Shown here piece after piece: positions 40,304 through 49,024 of a stretch of DNA of 64,000 nucleotides. Below the pieces are notes generated by a model. That model saw only the letters and a list, made by a program, of their open reading frames with translations, did not search any database and was not told the DNA's origin. The stretch lies in NCBI GenBank assembly GCA_000092065.1, contig CP000583.1; one strand, 5' to 3'. The position numbers were made by a program, and so were the translations under genes. Within the stretch, counting starts at the first letter, position 1; every line of letters starts with the position of its first letter. The DNA comes from Ostreococcus lucimarinus. Its lineage: Eukaryota.

Positions 40304-42145
40304 CTACCACGCATCAAAGTTGCCGAAACCGCCCGTCTTCGCCTTCTTCGGCGGCGGCGCGCTCGCAGCCGGCGCACTCGTGGATGCCGAGGCGACGTAT
40401 TTTCCCACGCCATCGGATGCTTTAGCCGCTGGTAATGCCGAGGCGTCCTTCGCTAGCGCTGCCGCGGGATCACTCCACCACGACCCGCGCTGACCTTGAC
40501 CGGTGCCATTCTTGACGTCTGCCGCCTTGGCTTTGGCTTCCGCTTCTGCGCGTTCCTTCTTGTCGTCTTCTTCGCGCAGTTCGTCGTATGGATTGGTGAA
40601 AATCGTGCATGAAGTGATTTTAATCGTCTTCAAAGGACGATCGGCGGCGTCGCATTCAACCTCTTCGATACGCGCGAGAGTTTCCATCCCGCCCACGACG
40701 CGTCCGAACACCGTGTGCTTGTTGTCCAAATGCGGCGCAGCATTGTACGTGATGAAAAATTGCGAACCATTCGTGTTCTTGCCGCTGTTTGCCATGCTCA
40801 ACACGCCGCGTTCGTCGTGTCTATGAGGGTTGCCCTTGATTTCATCCGCAAACTTCTCGCCCCATATGCAGTGTCCGCCTCTTCCAGTGCCCGTGGGATC
40901 GCCACCCTGAAGCATGAATCTTTTAATGCTTCGGTGAAACTTGACTCCGTCGTAAAATCCCTTTTCTGCGAGCGTGATGAAATTTTCGCACGTTCTCGGC
41001 GTCTTGTCGCAATGCAGCTCGATGTTCAAATCACCAAAGTTTGTGTGTAATCGAACGTATCCCTTCTTCGTCGGATTGTACCACACGATTTCCTCGGCGC
41101 GATGGTTCTTTGTGTGCGCCTCCATCGTCGTCGACGTGAACCCCATCGCACTGTGCCCAGTCGTGCGCATGTCGTTCGTTTTCGTCTTAAGAGTTACGAG
41201 ATACGGCGCCATTTCCGCCCGCCTTTTCGCCTTTTCCTTCTCCGTGCGTGTATCCAGGTCCACTCGTCCCGTCTCGTTTGTGTCCCAGGTGGAAGAACCG
41301 GGCTTGAACGTAATGTTATCCACCGGCGCCACGTACGCGGGTCCTCGCAGCAAGTGACTGTTGTCGACTGTGTCTGGCTTGGTTTCGATCCCGTGCTTCT
41401 TATTCTCCTCCGCATCTTTAGCCTTGGCGAGATTTAAAACCTCCTGCGCCTGCGCCGCCGCCGAACTCCCGCCTCGCGCGCCGATTTTTGCCGCCTCCTC
41501 GCTCCCGAGCGACGCCAACACACGACGCATGTCTTCGCTCACCTGCGTCTTGTTGATGCTTCCATCGTCTCCTTGTCCTTCTTTCCCCAATCCCTTCACG
41601 TCTAACCCGCGTTTCACGTGATCAAAGTTATCCAACGTTCGCGCCTTCAAATCCAACGGGTCCTGCAGCGTCACCACGTCGCTTCTCTTAAACGCCTCAT
41701 CCGTCAACAAATCCTTCCAGTTCTTCGTCTTAAAGCACAACTCTTCGATCGCATCGGTGCAATACACGTTTCCAGTCGTCTTCACCGCGCATATCCGCGT
41801 CGCGTCCGTAAACGTCTTATTCAGCACCGGGCACTCGTACTCGCCGTCTTTATTCTTGTACCAATTCAACCGCACCAAATCCTTCACCGCCAGCGCCTCA
41901 CCGCTCACGGGGTGCTTCTTATGTTTCATCACGTACGGCACCGCGTTCGAGATGTCCATCACCGTCCCATCCGGCGCGCACACCGCGTTTTTAAACGGCA
42001 GAAACGAGATTGCGCAGCAGTGAAACGGCAATCGTCGAAACGGCGCGTCCGCGCCGCGATCCCTCCCACCGCCGCCGCCCTCGGCCGCCCACTCGCTCGC
42101 GGTGACGTACCCTCGGTCCTTCTTCGCCGTCTTGTTCCGTCCCAT
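40304..42145 (-). CDS. PPIL2: Peptidyl-prolyl isomerase-like 2 (PPIL2/Cyp60: U-box + cyclophilin)
   Basis: N-terminal U-box-like (RLPFHCCAISFLPFKNAVCAPDGTVMD) and cyclophilin core (GYVRLHTNFGDLNIELHCDKTPRTCENFITLAEKGFYDGVKFHRSIKRFMLQGGDPTGTGRGG...FGRVVGGMETL). Confidence 0.85.
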   Translation of the reverse strand: MGRNKTAKKDRGYVTASEWAAEGGGGGRDRGADAPFRRLPFHCCAISFLPFKNAVCAPDGTVMDISNAVPYVMKHKKHPVSGEALAVKDLVRLNWYKNKDGEYECPVLNKTFTDATRICAVKTTGNVYCTDAIEELCFKTKNWKDLLTDEAFKRSDVVTLQDPLDLKARTLDNFDHVKRGLDVKGLGKEGQGDDGSINKTQVSEDMRRVLASLGSEEAAKIGARGGSSAAAQAQEVLNLAKAKDAEENKKHGIETKPDTVDNSHLLRGPAYVAPVDNITFKPGSSTWDTNETGRVDLDTRTEKEKAKRRAEMAPYLVTLKTKTNDMRTTGHSAMGFTSTTMEAHTKNHRAEEIVWYNPTKKGYVRLHTNFGDLNIELHCDKTPRTCENFITLAEKGFYDGVKFHRSIKRFMLQGGDPTGTGRGGHCIWGEKFADEIKGNPHRHDERGVLSMANSGKNTNGSQFFITYNAAPHLDNKHTVFGRVVGGMETLARIEEVECDAADRPLKTIKITSCTIFTNPYDELREEDDKKERAEAEAKAKAADVKNGTGQGQRGSWWSDPAAALAKDASALPAAKASDGVGKYVASASTSAPAASAPPPKKAKTGGFGNFDAW

Positions 42146-42240
42146 CGTCGGCGCGTCGCGTTTTCACGCCGCTCGTCGCTCGCCGCCGCCGCACTCATCG
42201 ACGACGACGACGTCGCGAGAATCGCGCGACGCGAGCCGCG

Positions 42241-42848
42241 ATGGTGGGGCTCGGCAAGGGCGTCGGCGTGCCGGTGAAGCTGCTGCACGAGAGCGAGGGA
42301 CACGTCGTGACGGTGCGTTCGCTCGACGTCGATGCGCGACGACGACGTTCGATGCGCGATTGCGCGATGTTTTCGAGGAATGCGCGCGCGCGCGACGCGC
42401 GACGGCGACGCGCGCGACGCCGCGACGCGCGGGCGGCGTCGATCGACGCGCGCGCGGGCGAGACGCGCGAACGACGCGCGAGAAGCGCGCGCGGGCGAGG
42501 ATCGCGAGGGGGAGGAATCAACCCTAACGCCTCGAACGCGCGCGAAGGACGGTTTCGCGAAGACGAGGAAAGCGACTGACGACGACGCGCGGTTCGCGAA
42601 CGATGACGCAGGTGGAGCTTAAGACTGGGGAAACGTACCGAGGGCAGCTCGTGGAGAGCGAGGATAATTGGAATTGTCAAATGACGGATGTCACGCACGT
42701 CGGTCGCGACGGGAAGGAGAGTAAGATGGAACACGTGTACATTCGTGGGTCGAAAGTGCGAATGATGGTGATTCCGGACATGCTGAAGCACGCGCCGATG
42801 TTCAAGAGAATCGATCCGAAGTTTGATCCGAAGGGCGGGAAGAAGTAG
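42241..42848 (+). CDS. SNRPD3: Small nuclear ribonucleoprotein Sm D3; exons 42241..42312 and 42612..42848 with a 299-nt intron GTGCGT...ACGCAG
   Basis: Exon 1 [24 protein letters not shown] plus exon 2 [64 protein letters not shown] reproduce SmD3 ([41 protein letters not shown]...[20 protein letters not shown]). Confidence 0.85.
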
Positions 42849-42915
42849 GCGATGCGGCGGCGTTTGTTTTTAATAAAGAATTCCGTGTACAAGACGAGAC
42901 GCGCGGCGAGCCGCG

Positions 42916-44004
42916 CTATTTGCCAAATCTTTGCGCAGTCTTCGCGTACTTGTCTATGACTCGCGCGAGATCGCGACGACTAAATCTATCTAATGATTCC
43001 TCGTGGAACAACTCCGCGGCGTGCAGTTGCCACGGTGGGTAGCCCTGAAGATGAAACGTCGCGCCGAAGACGACGGCGACGTCGGCGGGCGGAAGGAAAG
43101 TCCCTCGCTCGCGCATCCAACGCTCCAAACGCACGACGTCGGGTTTATATTTGAACTTTGCCCACTCCACGCCGTCACCATCCCGCGCGCTCGCGATGGC
43201 ACCCTCGAGCGAATCGTCGCCTTCATCTAATTCCGCGTGTCTCGCCGCGTCCAGCAGCGCCGCGCACGCGTCCCTCGGTCCCAACGCGTCGACATCGATC
43301 GACGCCTCCCCGCGCCCCGCGCTCGCCCCACGCGCGCACTCTCGAATCTTACCACCGTCATCGGCGTCCACGACGCGCAAGACGTACCCCACGCCCTCGC
43401 GATCTCGCCTCGAGGTCTCCAGCGCCTCGCGCAGCGCCTCGATTCCGCGCGTCGTCGTCGCGCGTCCGCCGCCATCGTACACGCTCACGCGTTCCACCCC
43501 ACACCGCGCGCACCACCGCGCGACGTTCACCGCGCGTTCGACGAACCTCTCCAGATCGCCGTCTCCCTCTCCACACGTCGCGATCACGCTCAGCGTCCTC
43601 GGCGGTCGTCTCGGCGCGTCGCCGCCCAACCCTTCGTATCCGCCCACCCTTCGTCGCAGCTCCGCGTTCATCGCGCGCATCGCGTGCCGCAGCCCTCGCC
43701 GCGGTTCGAATCGTTCGCATCCCAGCGCGCGAAACGTCGCGTCGACGACGCGTCGCGCCCACGCGCGCGCGACGAAGAACCAGTGCGTGCACGCGAGCAA
43801 CCACTCGTGCGCCGCGCGCGTCGCCGCGCGCGCCTCGCTCGCGCGCGCGCGCATGCGTCGTCGCGTCGCGCGTCGTCGCGCGTCGCGCGTCGTCGCGCTC
43901 GCGGCGCGCGCCGCGCGAGGCGCGTTCTGACGCCGTCGATGCGTCGACGCGTCAAAAAAGTGCCATCGAACGAATCGTCGCGCCAGACCGACGCGCGCCG
44001 GCAT
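42916..44004 (-). CDS. NUS1: NUS1/Nogo-B-receptor-like subunit of cis-prenyltransferase (dehydrodolichyl diphosphate synthase complex)
   Basis: UPP-synthase-like fold (LSVIATCGEGDGDLERF..VSVYD) with the family-typical C-terminal ..YAKTAQRFGK (RxG motif, cf. NgBR ..YAKCHQRLGK). First ATG at 44004. The ORF start 44163 is GTG. Confidence 0.6.
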   Translation of the reverse strand: MPARVGLARRFVRWHFFDASTHRRRQNAPRAARAASATTRDARRRATRRRMRARASEARAATRAAHEWLLACTHWFFVARAWARRVVDATFRALGCERFEPRRGLRHAMRAMNAELRRRVGGYEGLGGDAPRRPPRTLSVIATCGEGDGDLERFVERAVNVARWCARCGVERVSVYDGGGRATTTRGIEALREALETSRRDREGVGYVLRVVDADDGGKIRECARGASAGRGEASIDVDALGPRDACAALLDAARHAELDEGDDSLEGAIASARDGDGVEWAKFKYKPDVVRLERWMRERGTFLPPADVAVVFGATFHLQGYPPWQLHAAELFHEESLDRFSRRDLARVIDKYAKTAQRFGK

Positions 44005-44412
44005 GTTCGGCGACGCGGTCGCGGTGAGCGGCGCGATCGATCCGACCGCGACGATCGGCGCGCGCGCGGCGCGGGCGAACGCGCGAGACGGGACGGAAGG
44101 GACAAAACTTGAGCTCCCGCGATTGGATGATTTTCGCGACGAAGAGAGCGCGCGGCGGTTCACGCGCGCGAACCGATGGTTGAGCGTGGACTTGCTGGCG
44201 TTTCCGGTGCGTGGGCGCTCGGCGGTGCGACGTCGCGCGCGAACGAAGGCGAAAGAGGTGGACGAAGGAAGGAAGACGACGGATGGATGGATGCAATCGG
44301 CAATCGAGGTTGTTACAGAGCGCGAAGAAGGGGGGGACGAGCGCGAGAACGACGACTGACGAAACGGTGCGCGACGCGATAGGTGGTGCGAATAAATTGG
44401 GTGGTGGCGCTC

Positions 44413-46671
44413 ATGGCGACGACGACGCTGTGGGGATTCACGATCGGCGTGTTGTCTCGTGAAGAGGCGGCGGAGGAATTTTTCGGCAAGGCGACGCTTT
44501 GGATTTCCAACAACTTTACGTGGTTTTACACCTTGACGCAGAACGCGTGGATTTTCGTGGTGATTTTCGTGCTGTTTCGGAAAAGGTACGCAAACATCAA
44601 GCTCGGACAGCCGGATGATAGGCCTGATTATTCCGATCTCGTGTGGTTCACGTTGATTTTCACCACGGGGCTCGGGACGGGGATATTTTACTTTGGAGTG
44701 AGCGAGCCGATGTACTACTATCGTGATGATTCCAAACTTTTAGGAACAGCAACCAACTATATAGCGAAGATCCCGTTCATGAACGATGATCAAAGGGCGA
44801 ACATGGCGATGTTTGTCACTTTTTTGCATTGGGGTTTGCACGGTTGGGCGACGTACATCTTGGTCGCGCTGACGCTCGGCGTCGTGCATTACCGACTGGG
44901 CAGGCCGCTGACGCTTCGCAGTGCGTTTTATCCCATCGTAGGCGATTACGTCAACGGGCTGTTCGGCGACTTGATTGACTCGATGTCCATCGCTTGTACG
45001 ACGTTTGGGTTGTGCACGTCGCTCGGTTTGGGGGCGAGCAGTATCAATACCATCTTGCACCGCATGAGCGCTTCGATTCCTGACGACGACGACAACACGA
45101 AGTCGGCCATCATTTGGGGCATCACCGCGCTCACTACGGGTGCACTCGTAAGCGGGCTCCACCGCGGGGTTATCACTTTCGCCATTGTCGCCTTCTCAAT
45201 TCTACTTGCGCTGATTATGATTTTGTTCATGCTTGACAACACGTGGTACCTTGCAAATTCGTTTACGCAGCAAATCGGAACATACTTGCAGTACGTGATT
45301 CTCGGCGGATTCGACAATGACGCCATAGCGCAGCTGAACATAGAGTTTACGCAGAACGACACGCACTTGTGGGGTGCGCAAGGGATAAAACAATTAGTGG
45401 AAACGGCCTTGAACAAGACGCTTGCCGATCCGACGACGTATTACTCGAGCTCGCCGACTTCGTTCATGGATACGTGGACGGTATTTTACTGGGCTTGGTG
45501 GATCACTTGGGCGCCGTTCGTAGGAATGTTTTACGCTAAAATTTCACGTGGTCGCACCATAAGATCGCTTATTCTGGTCGGTATGTTTGCGCCGATGTTT
45601 TTGGGTTTCTTTGCTATTTCCGTCCTCGGATCGCTTGGTATTCGAATGCAACGCATCGCGGAATTGGCGCTCGGCGCTGCACCAGATTGGCAGAAAGGAG
45701 TTGTGAACTGCGGTGCCCTCGGGTATTTAGAAAACACACCCGTGAGTGCGGACGCAAAAAAGTTGGCCTCGGAGCTCGGAGTCTACGCCTTGGCGTGTCG
45801 AAAATCGACGGATAGAATTTTGGACATTCTTGAGCCTTACAAAAACTTGACGACGCTTTTACAAACCTTAGTTCTTTTGGGTGTGATTTTGTTCTTCGTC
45901 ACCTCTGCGGATGCGGGCGCGTTCGTGGACGACAAAATCGCCGCGAACGGCATGGAAAATCCTCCTGTTCTTCAAAAGGTGTGGTGGAGCATCACGCAAG
46001 GCGCCACCGCGCAGGCGTTGCTAAGCTCCACTAAAAACGGTTTGTCCACGCTTCAATCGGTGAGCATTTGTGCCGCTCTGCCGTACACGTTCGCGCTGAA
46101 TTACATGTGTGTAGCACTCTTTCGCGCTATGGACGAAACGAATGAGGATCCAACATACATGAAAATGCGGAAAGGTTTCAGCACATCCATCGTCGACGTG
46201 TTTGAGAATTTCCACAAGGCTGACGGAACGATGGCGACGAAACAAGCGTCGACAAAGGATCGCTTGCTGTTACTATTGCGCACAATTTTAAATCCGAGAA
46301 GGTCCTTAACGACGGCGGGCTTGGAACTCTTCAAGCCTCTCAGGCTGAGCGTGTTAAGTTTCGGTTACGGGCTGGTGCATCTTTTGTGGATCTTGCTCCT
46401 CGCGTTGTCGCCGTTGGACAAAGGCACGCACACGTTGGCGTGGTTGATGTACTTGATTTTCACATCAATCACGGCGGCCGTGCGTTATAATCTTAGGAAA
46501 AAGTGGTACATCATCGGTAACTTGATGGATGACTTTTTCGTGTGCTTTTTCTTTTATCCATTCGCGTTGGCGCAAATGCAGCTAGAGGTCGAGAGTCACA
46601 CGGGACGCGCCGTCGAGCACGGAAGAGCCAACTTTGTTCCGGCAAACACGATGAAAGCCGCCGACGACTAG
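44413..46671 (+). CDS. BCCT-family transporter (betaine/carnitine/choline type), bacterial-like, with a long C-terminal extension
   Basis: Hallmark BCCT motif WTVFYWAWWITWAPFVGMFYAKISRGRTIRS plus GLHGWATYILVALTLGVVHYRLGRPLTLRSAFYPI. First ATG at 44413 (track start 44383 is GTG). Confidence 0.8.
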   Translation: MATTTLWGFTIGVLSREEAAEEFFGKATLWISNNFTWFYTLTQNAWIFVVIFVLFRKRYANIKLGQPDDRPDYSDLVWFTLIFTTGLGTGIFYFGVSEPMYYYRDDSKLLGTATNYIAKIPFMNDDQRANMAMFVTFLHWGLHGWATYILVALTLGVVHYRLGRPLTLRSAFYPIVGDYVNGLFGDLIDSMSIACTTFGLCTSLGLGASSINTILHRMSASIPDDDDNTKSAIIWGITALTTGALVSGLHRGVITFAIVAFSILLALIMILFMLDNTWYLANSFTQQIGTYLQYVILGGFDNDAIAQLNIEFTQNDTHLWGAQGIKQLVETALNKTLADPTTYYSSSPTSFMDTWTVFYWAWWITWAPFVGMFYAKISRGRTIRSLILVGMFAPMFLGFFAISVLGSLGIRMQRIAELALGAAPDWQKGVVNCGALGYLENTPVSADAKKLASELGVYALACRKSTDRILDILEPYKNLTTLLQTLVLLGVILFFVTSADAGAFVDDKIAANGMENPPVLQKVWWSITQGATAQALLSSTKNGLSTLQSVSICAALPYTFALNYMCVALFRAMDETNEDPTYMKMRKGFSTSIVDVFENFHKADGTMATKQASTKDRLLLLLRTILNPRRSLTTAGLELFKPLRLSVLSFGYGLVHLLWILLLALSPLDKGTHTLAWLMYLIFTSITAAVRYNLRKKWYIIGNLMDDFFVCFFFYPFALAQMQLEVESHTGRAVEHGRANFVPANTMKAADD

Positions 46672-46745
46672 TCATCGTGCAGCGCCACTTTGTAAAATTA
46701 TGCTGCAAACAAATAATATGTGTAACTACATCGTTCCGGTACAAT

Positions 46746-48671
46746 TTAAGCAGCGACGGAGACCCGACGCGACGACCTGCTTGGCGTTCGAGACGGGGTC
46801 TTTTTCGGCGTACGAGACGGGGTCTTTTTCGGCGTTCGAGACGGGCTCTTTTTCGGCGTTCGCGATGTCGCCGACTTGTTAGATATCTTTCGCGCGGGAG
46901 TTCGCGCACGCGCCGCAACTTTCGCCTTGACGTCCGCCGAACTTCCCCAGTTGGCGGCGTAAATGTCGTTGAACTGTTCCTGGCACATGTGCACGAAATA
47001 CATCGCGCAGTGCACTGGAATGGCGTACGGCAGCGCGGCGCGGAAACCCGCCATTTTGTGGAAACCCAGAAGTCCGACCATACTGCCAATGATCATCGGA
47101 TGCGGCACCACGTTGTAAGGGAACCCGTGCACGAAGTTGGGTTTGACTTTTCCGAGTTCGACGCCAAAGTACGTCTGGTCGATGCCCAGCGCCACCGTGG
47201 CGGCGGTGCTCAGACCGTATCCACACACGATCATCGCGATGGAGACGATGTCAAACTCGAAATGCTTCAGGTACGTCAGCCCGAGATGGGTCAAAGCCAG
47301 CGATTTCCAAAACATCACGTTGCGCTTGAACATCCCAAAGTTGATTCCCTCGCGCACGTGATAGGTGGCGATGTACATGCAATAGTGCGTGTACGACGTG
47401 ACGGCGAAGAAAAAATACGGGTGAATGTACTTGCCCGCGGCGTAAATCGCAGCAACGCTTGCGATGTTATTGATGCCAGCGTATTTGGATACGAGAAATG
47501 CACCATTAGTGACGGCGAGGACCATGAACGCCATAAATCTCCAGAAACCAGTCGGCTTGATGGTGTTCAAAAACAGCTTGCGCGCGACGGTGTTGTACAT
47601 CACGGACAAGTGTAACAGCGCCTCGCCGAACGGTCCAAAGCACTTGGGATAGACGCAGTAATGTAACTTCATGGTAATGCGTCGATCGGGATTCGCCACC
47701 GGTCGATCAGCGATGACGTGGATCTCGCGATGGAAATCAAAGCCGACGACGTCGCCGTCGGATAAGCACCCGCCGCTTCCTTCTTGGGTGAAAATAGTTT
47801 CAACCTTGACGTTTTCATTCACCGCGAGCATGCAGCGGTACAAGAAGCAGAACGGATACACCGCCCACGGGCCATCGATGTGTTCCATGTAAAATACCGT
47901 GTCGGAATTATTGTTGTGATGGGACGAGGCGACGTAAATCTCATTCATCCCGTACACGGGTTTGACGACCCACGCGTCCGGGCGGAAGCGCTCGGCAAAC
48001 ATCTTCTCCACCGGCGCCGAGTGCGCGATGTGCGTGAACGCGTCTTTCTCCTTCGGAGCCAATCGCGTGTGCCACCAGTGCGCGGTGCAACTGCGATCCG
48101 GGTCCTCCTCGGTGACGAAGCGTTCGATGGTTTTCATCGCCGCCCGATCCTCCGCACTCGTCAGCTTTCCCCGCACCACGTAATTATGCGCCACGATCCA
48201 CGACAAGAAGCTCTCGTCCATGTGCATCACCGCGTCCAGGCACAGCGGCAGCAAATAAAACGTGTGTTCGACGAGCAGCGCCGGCCAATTCGTAAACTTC
48301 ATGTACGACGCCTGATACGTCTTCTCCCCCGTCGCCGCGTGCGCCGCCTCCTGCCCCGCGTACGCCGCCGCGAACACCCCCATCATCCCCCACATCGTCA
48401 TCCCGCTCGCGCACATCGCCCCCGCCGCGCGCGCGATCATCGCCCACGCCACCGTCGTCGCCACTTTCACTCCCTCGCCCGCGTTCGTCGCCATCGTCGC
48501 CGCCGCGTACGCCCAAAACGCGCCTCGCGCGCTCGCCGCGCCCCATCGCGTCTCCAGCATCGCCATCGCGCTCGCCATCGCCACCGGCGTCGTCACCAGG
48601 TGCAGCGCGACGTTGAACGAGTTCGAGTGGTACCTTCGGAACTCCGTCGCCGTCGCCGCGAACGTCTTCAT
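46746..48671 (-). CDS. Polytopic membrane protein with a C-terminal phospholipid N-methyltransferase (PEMT/PEM) domain, CHO2-like phosphatidylethanolamine N-methyltransferase candidate, ending in an S/TPKK-repeat tail
   Basis: C-terminal GIDQTYFGVELGKVKPNFVHGFPYNVVPHPMIIGSMVGLLG matches the PEMT family (..YFG.E.G..V..GPY..VRHPMY.G). Many TM segments upstream. Tail TPKKSPSRTPKKTPSRTPKKTPSRTPSR is encoded by a 24-bp tandem repeat. Confidence 0.6.
   Translation of the reverse strand: MKTFAATATEFRRYHSNSFNVALHLVTTPVAMASAMAMLETRWGAASARGAFWAYAAATMATNAGEGVKVATTVAWAMIARAAGAMCASGMTMWGMMGVFAAAYAGQEAAHAATGEKTYQASYMKFTNWPALLVEHTFYLLPLCLDAVMHMDESFLSWIVAHNYVVRGKLTSAEDRAAMKTIERFVTEEDPDRSCTAHWWHTRLAPKEKDAFTHIAHSAPVEKMFAERFRPDAWVVKPVYGMNEIYVASSHHNNNSDTVFYMEHIDGPWAVYPFCFLYRCMLAVNENVKVETIFTQEGSGGCLSDGDVVGFDFHREIHVIADRPVANPDRRITMKLHYCVYPKCFGPFGEALLHLSVMYNTVARKLFLNTIKPTGFWRFMAFMVLAVTNGAFLVSKYAGINNIASVAAIYAAGKYIHPYFFFAVTSYTHYCMYIATYHVREGINFGMFKRNVMFWKSLALTHLGLTYLKHFEFDIVSIAMIVCGYGLSTAATVALGIDQTYFGVELGKVKPNFVHGFPYNVVPHPMIIGSMVGLLGFHKMAGFRAALPYAIPVHCAMYFVHMCQEQFNDIYAANWGSSADVKAKVAARARTPARKISNKSATSRTPKKSPSRTPKKTPSRTPKKTPSRTPSRSSRRVSVAA
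46783..46870 (+). repeat. 24-bp tandem repeat (3.6 units: ggcgt[t/a]cgagacggg[g/c]tctttttc) encoding the SRTPKK(S/T)P tail on the minus strand
   Basis: Read directly from 46783 to 46870. Confidence 0.8.
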
Positions 48672-49024
48672 GGCGTCTTCGCGTTCGCGTTCGCGTTCGC
48701 GAGCGATCGTTTTCGCGCGATGAATATTCCAGTCGCGTCGACGCGCGCGCGGATCCAGCGCGCGCGCGAGCGCTCGCGGCGCGGCGTCGCGCGGTCGGCG
48801 TTCGCTCGCCGTTCGCTCGGCGTTCGCTCGCGCGTCGCGGAGTGGCGAAAAACGCGACGCGATTCGGATCGAAAAATCGCATCGTGACGTGGTCGAGCGC
48901 GGGGCGACGACGCGTCGGAGCCGAGGCGCGCGGATGATTGATTACAAGCGAACGCGCGCGCGCGAACGCGACGGCGCGCGCGTCGAAGCGTCGCACGCGC
49001 GCGCGTCGAACGATGGACGCGCGT

